Below, in pieces: positions 30,976 to 43,765 of a stretch of DNA of 64,000 nt (the stretch's first letter is position 1; each line of letters starts with the position of its first letter). The translations under genes were made by a program, and so were the position numbers. The DNA is from the human T2T-CHM13v2.0 reference genome, Homo sapiens, in NCBI RefSeq assembly GCF_009914755.1, contig NC_060936.1; one strand, 5' to 3'. The notes beneath the pieces were generated by a model that was not told the DNA's origin, did no database searches, and was given only the letters and a program-made list of their open reading frames with translations.

Positions 30976-33900
30976 CATTTAATCTCTTAAATAGGGAGGC
31001 ATGAGTTATGACTTTAAACACCTTCTCTTCTAGCTTCTGATGGACTAAACAATAATCTTTAAATACATTTCAAAATTATCAGTTTAGTAGATGACAATCA
31101 AATTGGAAAGTTTTGCCAGTTTCTTATCTAGAAAATGAATAACTGCACTGTGAGAAACCCACTAGCTCAGAGTAGAATGTTCACTATGCAATGCAGTCAT
31201 GGGCATTTTTAGTCACGGACTCTCTTAGGTCAGTAATTGAGTTCTTTTCTGTTACTTCTTGGCTCCAGGCAAAAGCAACATCAAAAATGTATTGATTTTT
31301 GTTAATTTAGGGAGAATTTATTGAACAAATGCAAGTGGTCATAACTAATATTGAGTTCCTCTAAATGTCAGAAACTTCATATGCATTTTTGTATTTATAT
31401 CTCACAATGACCTAATGTGATAAGTTCCACTATTATCTATTGTTTTATAGATAAGGACACTGGGATTAGAGAATTTAAGTAACTTGGCCAAGGTGACACA
31501 AGCAGTAGGTGGCTAAACTGGGATTAAATTAGATTTAACTAAAAGCTCAAGAGAGTTATTTTTTGAGCCCCTGCAAGATTGCAAGTTCCTTAAAGATGAC
31601 TTAAGTGGATTATTTAGCTTACTCATCTCATTATCCCCTTAGTATCCTTAGGGTGCTTTGAAGTACAGCGTTTAGACAATACAGTGGGGTGGTTAAGAAC
31701 CTCTGTTAAGCCGCCTCAGTATGAATTCTAGTTTATCCACCTAAAACAGCATTCACAGATTCCCATCATTTTCTGTCCATTTCTTGCTTAATAGTTCTCC
31801 ATAGCATTTATCATTACCTGAAATTATATAGTTTTACTTCTTTTTTTCTGGGTCCCTCACTAGAATTTAAGCTGCACGAGGACAGTGACCTTGTAAGTCT
31901 TGCTTCCTAACACCAAATTCTCAATAGCTAGTACAGTGCCTGGCATGCAGTAAGTGGTTTAAAAATATCTATTGAATGAATAAATAAAAGGAGATACATT
32001 TTGCTTACCGTTTATGCCTGGAGTCGTAATTTTCAATACAATTAATGGGCCAAATGAACCCTACCTTTTTTCTTGGTTCAGCTTCAAACCTTCTTTTTAA
32101 AAGTGTATTTAATAGACACTAATATAGCACATATGCTTTGGAAAACTCCATTTTATGTGCTTTACAAATATTGACCCATTTAATTCTACAGAGAAGGTGA
32201 AATCATTACATCCATTCTAAAGGTGAGGAACCAGGCACAGAAAGATTTAGAAACTTGCCCATGGTCAGACAATTAGGCAAAGAATGGAGCCAAGATTCAA
32301 ACTCGGATAGTCTGACCATGTTCCCAACCATTCCATTATGCTGCTTCCTAGATTAATCCCATAAAAATGTCATTTCCCTGGAGTTTAATGCTCTAAAGAT
32401 GTGTCTTTGCTCTCTTAGAGAATGACCTTCCATCTTGCCTATTTTTCCTTCCTCTCTACCCAGATTAAGAAGGAAAATAAATTAAGATTATTTTACTTAT
32501 TGAAACAGCACAGTATGCTATCAGTGAAGCTTCTCTCAGGCTACCTTCAAGGATAAATAAGTGAATGACCCCGGTGGCTGCTGGACAGCTCACATGGCCT
32601 ATATCTGCTTTTCTTCTTTTTCATATTTGTCTTTTTCTTGTATTTCTAGAGCTCTTGGATTCCTGCTGCAACCCTTCCTTCTAGCCTTGAGAAGGGAGTT
32701 CAGTGGTCCATGGAGGCTGCAAAAACTGCCTTTTAAGCCTGAAATGTAAAAGGAAGGCCGATTTTATAAATGATTCCTGTTCTTGCTTTTAGTCAATTGG
32801 TTCTTTCATTTCCTGTCCCTTTTCAGTTTCTTTCACAAACACACAAGCAACTCACAGCCTTGGGTCTCTGATATAGCACCATATTCACTCAGGAGGCAAT
32901 TGTCATGAGCACAGATATCTGGGATTTAGTTCCAGTTCAGTTACTAAGGAGCAATCTTCCTTGGGGCAAGTCATTTAATAGGACTGGGACTTAGTTTCCT
33001 CACCTGTGAAATGACTCCAGTGAGAGGAAGAGCTGGAGATTTAAAGGTCCCTTCCAGCTCTAAACTGTGATTATTCTTTGACGAATTATGTAAGGAAGGG
33101 AAAGTGCTCAGATATCTAAAGCCCTATTTCTCTCACTACAGATTGCAGGATAACTCCAAGGGAGCCACTGTTCTTTATTAAATGGGGGTGAACTTCTCAG
33201 AATTGAAGGATGACGGCTGCTGGGGATAGCAATAGATCAGAACCTATTTTCCTGCCTAATTCCTTCCCTATTTCTCTGTAAATATCAGAAGGAGATTAGG
33301 AGTAAAAGTGATATTTCAGCTCTGTGGTCTACATAATAAACGATTCCAAGATAAATTCTTAAAAAAAAAAAAAACACTAAAAAGTTCTGCCTCTTTAGCT
33401 TGGGAAGAATGTAGTAGCCATCTTGCTTTGTGAAACTGCACAAAAAACTTGGAGCAGAGCATGGGTAAGTATGTTTGAATTGCGTGCTCTCACGCCCAGC
33501 AGTTGTTTAAAAATCTATCCAGCCCATACAGTTATTGCGATTTTGCATTTTGTACATATGGGGCTTTGTCATTTCAAAGGGTGCAAAGAGCTTCATGAAC
33601 AATGGCCATTCCTTCTCTCGATGTGACCCCGTAGAACAGACTAGTTATTGGTCATCACTTGTAAACAGGAAGCATGAATCTCACCCTAGGAAATGCAGGC
33701 CGCCAGTGCTGTCATGCTTACATGAAGGACATGCCTTATCCCTTTGTAAAACATTTAAAAATAAAGGCACTCAGTTTGGAAATATCTTTGAGCATCCTAA
33801 CCTGACCCATTCAGAACTGACCTCTAATCAGCATTTTTGTTTGGCTCAGTCCAGTCTAATAAATATTAACTGGGCATTACTATGTTCATGATCTGTGTGC

Positions 33901-34214
33901 TCCATACCTAGGAAAGGAAGATGAACATGGCCAAGATCCTAATCTTGAGTAAGAGACAAATTAGTCAACAGGTGGTTTTTATGAGGTGTAATGGGAACAC
34001 AGAAGGGTTAAATCATCTATCCCAGAGAGAAGATGTTGTAAAGATTTCTCCAAGGCTTAAGTATTAAGGAATGAATAGGAGTTACCCATGGGAAGAAGGA
34101 TGAGAGTTAAGGTACAGAAGGAGATGATGTTTCTGGCACAGAATGACTAGATTCTCAGGAATTCTATCACATATTCCTAGGAAGAGAGATAATACTTCTT
34201 GGCCTAATTTGCAG

Positions 34215-34535
34215 TTTAATGAGGGCTATGAACCTGAATCCTGGTGAATCAAATGTGATTTAAAGTAAGTGATGCATTTCCTGTCCTGGCAATAGAACAT
34301 CCCAAGTGATCTTCTATGTTCCTCTCTACCCTGCTGTCATGGCAGCCCACAAAGAACTCCAGGATGGAAGGGTCCATGATGGAAGAAGCCAGGGTCCCTG
34401 AATTACTGGTTGGAGGAGAGCTGCCTGACCCACACTGGACTTAGCATGTGTGAGAAATAAATTTAACAGTGTTAAACCACTGAGAATTTGGAGCTGTTTG
34501 TTACAGTGGCTAGGTTCATTACCCTGATCATACTG
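34215..34535 (+). mobile_element. MLT1-like LTR remnant
   Basis: gatggaagaagccagggtccctgaattactggttggaggagagctgcc...tgtgagaaataaattt...ttaaaccactgagaatttggagctgtttgttacag. Confidence 0.7.
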
Positions 34536-34771
34536 TGTGCCAGGCTAAGGAATAATAAAAGGGATCTGAATGACTTGCTGTCACTTCAACATTTATATAG
34601 CCCAAATAACTTAGGTTTTTGACCTTAACATTGATTACTCTTTCTTCCTTTCTCATCCAATGGCACCAATGATTTCTTTCTTAAAAAGGTGATCTTTTAC
34701 AGTCTTTCAGCAAGTCAACTGCTCCTCCTGAGTATATTATCAGCATCTTGTGTCTTTTAATGACATTTGTC

Positions 34772-35000
34772 TATTGTATATAATTATATAACATTATATC
34801 TATTATTATATCTATTATTGTATAACATATATAATATACAACAAAAAATGTATTATCGTATATATAATATATGTTTTATATTATATATACTATACATTTG
34901 TATTATAAAATATATATCATATTGTATATAATAGGTTATAATAGGAATATAATATGTTAATGTTATACAATATAGCATGTATATATAATGAAATATCATT
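34772..35000. repeat. AT-rich (TA-degenerate) low-complexity tract
   Basis: tattgtatataattatataacattatatctattattata... Confidence 0.9.
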
Positions 35001-35816
35001 TCAAAGGTATCTCTATATAAAAATCAATTTTTCTCATTAGAATACACATTTTATGAGGGCAAGGGCTTCATCTATATTACTCATTACTGTAACCCTAGTG
35101 CTAAGGGAAATGACTAGTATATAGTAAGCACTCACAGTTATTTTCAGAATGAATGAATAAAGATAAATATAATAGAATAGAGGCTGGGTTTTTTAAAAGA
35201 AATGGACTTCAGCTGTGTTCAGATGTAGGCGTTCTGAAGGCAGAAAGAGCTCCAAACCCAGACGAGGGTTGACAGTTGCTCATATGAAGGTGATAGCAGA
35301 AGCTATGCAGGCAAATGAAGGCGCCTCAGGAGGGTAAGGGAAGGAAGAAGATGAGAGAATTAAGGCTGAATTTTAGGGAATATCAATGTATAAAATAGAC
35401 TAAGTATAAGCAGCTAATGAAACAATATTAGAAAAAGTAAGGAAAGTAAAGAGAGTATTGCGGCACAGAAACAGAACTCTGTAAGAATCACAGTTTTGGG
35501 GTCAGATCTGTGAGTACAGCATATTCAATAAACACCTGTCTATTGATTGAAATAAGTGCTGAACACTGAATAGCATATAGTCCCATGAAGATGGTCAAAG
35601 GGGCTGACTCCTTTTCTAAAAGACATATAGCCAATGTCATCCCTGTTAATTATACACATTTCTCTGGGATGACATCAGGAGGCTTGGGTTACCCTGGGGC
35701 CTTTCACTAGTCTGATAAAGTAGGCTATATTTCTGATCTGAGTTCTTCCCTGTTTAGAAGATTCTCAGAAGTATGGAAAAGTTCTTAATCTAGCTGGATA
35801 TTTATTGATAAGTTAC

Positions 35817-36032
35817 GGGTCAGTAAACTATGCCTACAGTCTAAGCCTGGTCTATTGCCTGTTTTTTTAAATAAAGTTATTTGGAACACAGCCACACTCA
35901 TTCATTTCTGAATCATCTATGGCTATTTTCACTCTGCAACAGGGTTGAGTAACCACAATATAGGACATATGGCCAGCAGAGTATAAAATATTTATGATAT
36001 GGCTTTTCACAGAAAAAGTTTGCCAACCCCTG
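35817..36032. mobile_element. MER58A hAT-Charlie element
   Basis: gggtcagtaaactatg...aaataaagttatttggaacacagccacactcattcattt...cagaaaaagtttgccaacccctg. Confidence 0.85.
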
Positions 36033-36687
36033 AGCACTGAGCATATCTGTTTTGCACCCCCGGCAAAAAAACAAAAAACAAAAATACAAAAAGCAAAACA
36101 AAAAAAACCCCACAAGACATTTTCAGAACTGAGTGGAGCTTGTAAGAACCCTGGGAATACCACAGCCTGTCTTACTAAGGACTGGACCTATAGGAAATAG
36201 AATATTCTGTGCCTTCGGTGAGACTGGGTCCCGTCATGTATTTACTTTAGGTTAGGACCTCCATGCTAACAGTGCACGTATGTGGGTGTGAGATTCTCTT
36301 TGACCGTGTATCTTTAACTGATGTCCACTGGGTGGTAGGCCAACACTGAGTGGCAGTGAGTTTAAGACATGCAATAAAAAGAATAAAAAGAAATGCAAGT
36401 GAAAAGAATGAGGGTAGATGGAGAGTGAGTGATGGGATGGGAGAATGAAAATAAGTCGCCCTGTCAAAAGGTACCATGAGAGCATCTATGCCTGTGGGCT
36501 ATATTTTGTCATTGCCCTTCTGAAAAATACCAGAAGAAATAAGAACAAGTTTCTATCATTTTTCTAAGTGACAGGGAAATAAGACTGAACCTTCCTTTCT
36601 AGACTTTTAAAGAAATAACATTGGTTGTACACTTTTCCGCTAAAGCGTACACACATCTGCGTCAACCATCAAGCCTAGAATCAATAA

Positions 36688-36849
36688 ACATCTGAATGTT
36701 AAGGACTTAGAGAGCACTAGCGTCTTTAAGAGAATGACTCTGTTCTCTTGAAGATGCTAGTTCTTTCAAGGTCCTTAAAATTATCTTCATAGAATGTCTC
36801 TGTTCTCTTAAAGACTCTAGTTCTTTCAAGGTCCTTAAAATTCAGATGT
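36688..36849. repeat. 46-bp inverted repeat whose right arm is tandemly duplicated (60-bp period)
   Basis: Arm 36689-36734; complementary copies at 36743-36782 and 36803-36848 (40/46 match for the second). Confidence 0.9.
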
Positions 36850-37744
36850 AACTTCTTTGAAAGAATGTCACATTCCTAATACTCCTTTCAAAGGCTGAAA
36901 TAACCTGTGATCTCATCATATTAAGACATTTCTAGAGTGATTCTCTTCATCTATGACATAGGGGTAGCAGAGTGACACCTATAACCAAATCTGGCCCCCA
37001 ATGCTTTGTTTTGTTAACAAAGTGTTTATGAAAGAAACCCACAGTTTTTTTGGGGGGTGAGGAGGGGCAGGACTTCTGCTCTCCAGTGTGCCACAGTTTC
37101 CACCACTCCATATTGTCTTTTCTTTAAAAGTGTTTGAGTTTTCAATCCCTACAATCTCTGCCCACACCATTTTGAGGGGGCCAACTGTTGCTTTGATCTA
37201 TTTTCTTCGTTCAGGCCTAAAATTAAATGACCACTTGTAACTTTCTAGCTATGTTAGTTTATTAGAACCCGTTTTATTTGCTAACATTCTTCAAGTTTTG
37301 TCCAATAGAGTTTAGTAGACTCACTGACCTAATATATATGGTAAAATACTCTTTTCAGTAATGAGGCAACAATGAAGAATAAATACATTTTAAGAAACTG
37401 TGCTGTTTTATGGGATTACTGATTTGTGTATATCACTTAGATCAGTGATGTTCAGGTTATGAAGTGATTATGTACAATTTGCAAATATCTAGTGTCCCTA
37501 ACTTCTGTATTATCTTATATCATGCTACATTATACCTAACTCTACAGACCAGAGACATGTGCCTCTTTTTTGAGTGGCAGTAGCAAAGGTGGCTCTTAAA
37601 TCATCTGACTGTGAACAATACAGTCCCAGGAAGATGGCCCAAGGAAATAAAGGGTGTTTTTTTCCTTGTAGTTTTTGACGGATTATTCCATTTTAACTAC
37701 AAATGTGGACAATGGAAACTAGGCTGTAAAGTAGATCATTATAA

Positions 37745-38305
37745 AATGTACCTGGCCAACTTCTAAGATGTACCCCACCCTGCCCGCCCTACCCCATGGT
37801 CCCCACCGTCTGGTATTCACGCCCTTGTGTAAACACCTCTATTATGTATGAACTGAATCTGGTGACTTGATTGTAATGAATAGAAAATGGCAAAAAGATG
37901 GGATGTCACTTGTGTGATTAGGTAGCAAAAGACTGTGACTTCCATCTTGCTAGCACTTTCTTGTCTTCTCACTTGCTTGTTCTGTTGAAGCTAGCTGCAT
38001 GTTGTGAGATGCTCTATGTGGTGACAAGGAACTAAGGGAGGCCTCAGCCAACAGTGTGTGAGGCACTGAGGCCTCAGTCCGAAAATCCCTAAGAGCCTGA
38101 ATCCTGCCTACAACCATGTGAGTGAGTTAGGAAGTAGATCCTCTTGACTTGAGTCTTGAGACAGCTGTAGCTGTCTGAAAGATCCAGAGACAGAGGACCC
38201 AATCAACATTGTACCTGGATTCCTGACCCACAGAAATTGGGAGATAATAAATGTTGTTATATGCCACTAAAATTTGGGGTAATTTGTTCTTTAACAATAC
38301 AGAAT
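37745..38305 (+). mobile_element. MLT1 (E/F-like) MaLR LTR
   Basis: ctggtattcacgcccttgtgtaa...gatgggatgtcact...gattcctgacccacagaaattgggagataataaatgttgtt...gccactaaaatttggggtaatttgtt. Confidence 0.85.
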
Positions 38306-38723
38306 ATAAATCATCTATTGGAATAACAGCAAAAATTTTTTTAGCCAAAGCCTCAAACTGAGGATAGAGAAGGGGGTAATTTAATCCATTCATTCAGAGG
38401 TTCTCAGTGCCATTCAGTGAAAAAAATAAATATATGTAGCTCCAATAAATATTGGTTAAACTGAGCAGAACTCAGAAGTAAAGGGCCACTAAAATTCAGG
38501 TGTTCATTATGTAGTAAAGTAACAGTAGCAATGAACAAAAGTGAATACCAGACGTCGCACTAAGATCAAGAGTCCTGTGATAACAATATTTACTAGTCAT
38601 CAAATATTTTTGGGTTTGAGTTTTGAGGAACTCCAGGATTTAACCGAGGAGAATGAGTAGGCAGAGAGACAACAGCAGAGATGCAGAGAGTAACTACGTA
38701 TTGTGGAAGCCGAAAGAAGACAA

Positions 38724-39268
38724 TGTTAATAGTGAAAATTTGCCCCATGGGGTTAACAAGAATCCTTGAGCTTGCCTTGCAAGAAGACAGACGAAGAAAC
38801 AGCTTGTTATAATTCTCTCTGCTTGCAACAAAACTGGCTGACTGGCTGAAACTGGCTGGAACCAATAAGGCTGACTGGAGTCAGAATGGCACAGAATAGA
38901 CTCGCTCTCCTGGGGGGTGACGTTTTGATGTCACAGCCTGAATTTCCACGTCATGTTTCAGACCAGTTCCCCATGAATTTGCACAGGCAACCCACGGAAA
39001 AGCACGAAGGGACAACTGCGCATGCTCAACGGACTTTCCAAACTTCCCATTCCTTTCTGCCAATCACTAACCAACCGGGAAGCCCCGCCCCCAGAATCTC
39101 TCCCTTAAATATACCGCTTTAAGGCTGGTACAGGGCGACGGATTTGAACTGGATTCCTGCCTCCTTGCTTGGCCGCCTTGCAATAAACCTTTCTCTCTAC
39201 AAAATCCAGCGCTTCAGTGTTTGGCCGCAATTGTGTGCAGGCAAATGAACCCAGTTTGGTTGATAACA
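38724..39268 (+). mobile_element. Solo ERV LTR (family not assigned) with intact U3-R-U5 layout
   Basis: TG...CA ends (TGTTA 38724 or TGAAA 38733; TAACA 39268); CCAAT 39060, GC box 39082, TATA-like 39106, AATAAA 39182. Confidence 0.8.
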
Positions 39269-42200
39269 ATAATTGTCAATAGTATCAGAGTCTGCTGAAG
39301 TCAAAGTAGGGTGGAGATAACAAAGGGCTTATGGAATTTCTGATCTTCTGCTTACTGGTGACCTTAGCACTGGTTGTAGGAGGTCGCAGCAGAGAAACAA
39401 CTCAAGCCCTTGAGGGATTAGTGGAGCAAAGGAAATGGGGAGACGTTGAGTATAGACAACTACTAAGTAATTCCAAAAGGTATTATAAAACTGGAAAGCA
39501 TTAGAAGAAGAAATATTGAAAAACAGCGTGAGCATACAATATAAAAGTTGCTTATGTGCTGAAATATACTGTCAACTCAGGTTGAGGGATATGAAGAGAG
39601 CAGATGCGATATGAGCCTTGACACAAAGTCCTGCAAACCTTTAAAATGAAAATCCTTTGAATGCCTGACCTTCAGGTGTTATATTATCAAAGGACAGAAG
39701 CGTTTATGCCCTTTTAAAAAGGAAAATGTATTAGAGGATTATCCAAAGACTTGGCCACATACAATTCTTTTCTGGAAAAAACTAAGTTTTATGTTGAAAA
39801 TAAGTAATCAGGTAATATCCCTGTGTCCAAAGAGACAGAAAAAGCACAATAAACTTAACATTTCTAGGACAGTAGAAAAAAAGCCATTTTCTTGTGGAAC
39901 TTTGGGTTTGTTTCCTTTCATAAAAAGGGAAAAAGGTGAAATTTGATCTTCAAGAAGTCCAGGAAAGCTTTTAGAGCTGAGAAAAGACAGAGTTGGGGTT
40001 GGTGAGGGAAGTAGACTCTGGGTGAAAACGGATAATTAAGCTTTACAAAAGGTCAAGCATTGCAAAAGACAGCGAGAAAGATGCATTCTATGTGTTGAAT
40101 GTATCAAATGTAGTTGAGAAGATGTAAATCTTCGCATTGGTGAATATTTCAGTATTAAAAAAGACATATTAAAGAATAGCTATTCTTACAAAAGGAATAA
40201 ACTTTTTTCTTTGAAGCTTGACACAACATATACAAATAAAAGCATGAAAAATATGCTTTGAAGTGTGCTAACACATCAAGATTGTACTGAGCAAAGCACC
40301 TTTTCTCTGTTTAGGAACAATCTCACTAATTCCACAACACAATATGTTAATTAAAGGATCCCAGGTAGCAATCATGGAATATTTCTTCTCATGACAGATG
40401 AAGAATACAAATATTCTGAAGACTGAAATTGTATAAACAAAATGAAGAGACATTTTGTCCGTTTTCTGGCAGTGCAAAGTTAAAGTGAATGCAGATGAAT
40501 GTGCTGGCAATAAAATGACACTATTAACCATCTGAAGATCGGGCTCATTACCTAAGAAGGCAAAGCATCAATTTGTGGCATTACAACATTCTATTTGTGC
40601 TGCTCAATGTGCGTCTGGATGTTTTTATATACTCTCTACTAATTTGTGTGCAGAGTGAGCTCTTCTGCATCAGCCTCTCTATAGAAGCTTAATTTTGTAT
40701 TGTTTCTCTTATATTATTTTCTCTAATGAGAATGATATTCTGTATTAGAAATAAACACTTCATTTATTCTTCAAATAATTCTACGTTCAGTTTCTCTTGT
40801 TTTGCATTATCAAGTGGTGTGTACAGGATTACAGATATATCTTAAAATTGAGGTGCTCTGATTAAAAATATACATTTGAATGACATGTGAGGAAAATATT
40901 CATTCACTCAGTCACTCACTCATTCATTCTTAAAAGAATGTCTATGTATTGGGTTAAGCATCATGGGAAATTCAAGGATGTTGCACTGTCTCTGCCCTCA
41001 GGATGTTTATAGCATAGAAGTGGCTGAATGTTATTAGTACCTTGAGATAGGAACAAGGACAGGGCCATAAAATCTCAGAGGAAAGGGAAGGTCAGTGTAT
41101 TTTCTCATACCACAAGTATTACTTGGGTACCTACTATGTGACAGGTGCTATTCTAGAGGCTGGATATATAGAAAAGAGAATAAGACAGTCAAGGTCCCTG
41201 ACCTTATGGACCTTGCTTCCTGAGGGTGAGATGGAAAATAATGAAGAAAAAAAGCAAATAAATAATATAACTTCAGATCACACTAAGTGGCATGAAGAAA
41301 AATAAAGCAGAGCAATAGCAAGAACAGTGATGGTAAGGGAAGGATGTGAATTTTAGCTCATGAAGGCCCCTGTGAAGATGTCACATTCGAATAGAGATTT
41401 GACAATGTATAGGAGCAAGTGTATGAAGTTCTGAAGGAAGGGCTTTCTAGGTAGTGGGACCTTTGTAGGACAGGATAAAGACTTTATTCTAAGTGGGAAG
41501 GAAATTCACTGGAGAATTGAAGCAGGGTATAGCATGACCTGATTTATATTTTAGAAGGATCATTCCAGATACTGTATAGAAATTCAATTATAGAGGGGTA
41601 AGAAGGTAACCTGGACAGAGGTTAAGCATCTGTGAATAGTCCAGGATAGAGGAGAACAATGAGAACTTGATTCATGTAGTCTAACCAAGGATGACAGACT
41701 GGAATGCACTGTGGTAGTCCATCTAGATAGAGGTGGTTGGTGAGGACTAGGTTGATAATTACTTAGATGGTAAGGAGCGGTTCCATTTTGAAGGAAGTTG
41801 CACAAAGGAAGTGATATGATATGATAATATCTGAGTTGAACTTTAAATGAATGGCAGCATGTGACAAAGCAAGTAGTCATTCATGGATTTGTTGAGTGCT
41901 TATCTATTTTTATGAACCAGGCACTGTGCTAGGTGCTATAGATACAGCAGTATGGAAGCCATTGCTGAAAGTGAGAACAACAAAACTTGCTGAGAAGGTA
42001 ATATTTTAAGTAAACATACACAAGCAGAGAGGTGAACAATATGCTCATAGGAATTACTTCCTGAATTGGTTCTAAGGATGTTTTATTCTTTTCCATTTAG
42101 TGTAGAAAATTATGTGATTAAACTCCTTTGTATATTTGGCTCAGTGAATTTGCAAAAGGAGTAAGTGTCTATCAGTAGAAATTCAATTCACTGTCAGTTG

Positions 42201-42619
42201 GGAAATTTCATCAGACAATTTCCTTAGAAATAGTGGCTAATATTTACTTTTCCCACTTAGGGAGGGAGAAAGTATAGCCTCTCTAGAAAGAATAGGAGGA
42301 TAGGAGAGTACAAAACCTAGGACAATCTCAAATATCCAGGTGTATCTATTACAGTTCATCTGCCACCTGCCTCCAATCTGCCCCACAGTCTTTTTGCAAA
42401 CAGATGACCCAACTTCAACTTTCCCTCCTTCTAATCCCACTTGTACACTGCCTCTAGAATTAACTGGCCTAAAGTAGTCCAGTCATGTCCATTCCCCAGT
42501 GCCTACAGAATAAATTTCAAATTCCTCAGCCTGACACACACTGACCCAACCTACTTTTTCTGCTTTATCTCTGACTACACACTTCTCAATTGTTTTAATC
42601 ACCTTGAATTTTCTTCCTC

Positions 42620-42755
42620 TTTTTAAAATTATTTTTTGAATTGCGTGAATATGTTATGAAATACACATAACATAAAACTTACCATCATCGCCATTTTTAG
42701 GTGTATATTTCAGTGGCATGAAGTACATTTGCATTGTTGTACAAATCCCATTGGA
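42620..42755 (-). mobile_element. L1M (L1MB-like) 3' end fragment
   Basis: aaatacacataacataaaacttaccatc...ccatttttaggtgtatatttcagtggcatgaagtacatttgcattgttgtaca. Confidence 0.75.
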
Positions 42756-42848
42756 TTTTAAATGTCTATTTCCCTCATACTTCCAGCAATTTGTTGCCTG
42801 AACCAAATTTGTTTTTATATGGTTCCTGGGGCCTCCTGAAATGCCTTT

Positions 42849-42936
42849 TCCCATCCAAGTACTAACCAGACCCGAACTTGCTTAGCTTCCGAGATCAGAC
42901 GAGATCGGGCACGTTCAGGTTGGTATGGCCATAGAT
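42849..42936 (-). pseudogene. 5S rRNA pseudogene (RNA5SP-type), nt 1-88 of 5S, 3'-truncated, no poly(A), 14-bp TSD
   Basis: Reverse complement ATCTATGGCCATACCAACCTGAACGTGCCCGATCTCGTCTGATCTCGGAAGCTAAGCAAGTTCGGGTCTGGTTAGTACTTGGATGGGA matches human 5S at 81/88 by my alignment. Flanked by ctgaaatgcctttt (42836-42849) and ctgaaatgcatttt (42937-42950). Confidence 0.95.
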
Positions 42937-43058
42937 CTGAAATGCATTTTCCTTTCCTTATCAATTAAAATCCCACATATCTGAAAGATTCATGCTCAGA
43001 TTTTGCCTCTTCCTTTAGGCTACTTTGACACCTTATCTGGAAACAGGAGGTCAACTCT

Positions 43059-43071
43059 GTTGCTAGGTAAC
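43059..43071. promoter_or_regulatory. RFX X-box match GTTGCTAGGTAAC
   Basis: Fits GTTGCYNGGNAAC; quasi-palindrome TGTTGCTAGGTAACA. Confidence 0.45.
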
Positions 43072-43336
43072 ACACTGCTTACAGTAAAAATGATGCCTGG
43101 TTGGTAAATTGCATCTGGACTAGGAGGGCCTATACATGAACTATAAATACATGATGGGGATGTGATACTTTGGACTTCCCTGAGTAATGACTCGTGTAAT
43201 TAGGTCCCTTGTAGGGACCATGGAGGATAAGTCTATGGAGTTGTTGCAGGAGATATCGTCTCTTATGGGGCAGGAGGCTTTTAAGCCAGGGCCATTCCTG
43301 CACCCACCCAATATGAATCTAGTCTTCTTGAACCTG

Positions 43337-43356
43337 AGCTGCCACCTGGGGGGCCA
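43337..43356 (-). promoter_or_regulatory. CTCF-like motif GGCCCCCCAGGTGGCAGC
   Basis: One mismatch to CCASYAGRKGGCRS core on the minus strand. Confidence 0.4.
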
Positions 43357-43469
43357 GAACTGATATTTGTACTGATATTAGGACTCTCACTGAAGAGAAA
43401 ATCTGAAGCTTCCCTGGTGGCCAGCAGTGTTTTCTGTATCACATTTTTCTAGGTAAATCTCAAGCTAAG

Positions 43470-43765
43470 GGTTCATGCCTGTAATCCCAGAAGTCTGGAA
43501 GGCCGAGGTGGGTGGATCACCTGAAGTCAGGAGTTCAAGACCAGCCTGGCCAACATGGCAAAATCCCATCTCTACTAAAAATACATACACACACAAAAAT
43601 TAGCCAGGCATGGTGGTGTGTACCCATAACCCCAGCTACTCAGGAAGATGAAGCAGGAGAATTGCTTGAACCCAGGAGGTGGAAGTTGCAGTGAGCCTAG
43701 ATCATACCATTGCACTCCAGACTGGGTGACAGAGAGAGACCTTGTCTCAAAACAAAAAAACAATA
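43470..43765 (+). mobile_element. AluS, slightly 5'-truncated
   Basis: Degenerate TSD aaatctcaagctaag (43455-43469) / aaacctcaagccaag (43766-43780); about 190 bp from the exon donor. Confidence 0.92.

Noticed and set aside
32998-33020. CAG|GTGAGG on the minus strand as a recursive splice site (similar at 29030)
   Set aside because: MIR-derived with a poor polypyrimidine tract. I found no strong Y-tract-AG|GTAAGT ratchet site in the window.
36721-36842. 60-bp periodic repeat superficially like a CRISPR repeat-spacer
   Set aside because: Only two units, human intronic context, no cas genes.
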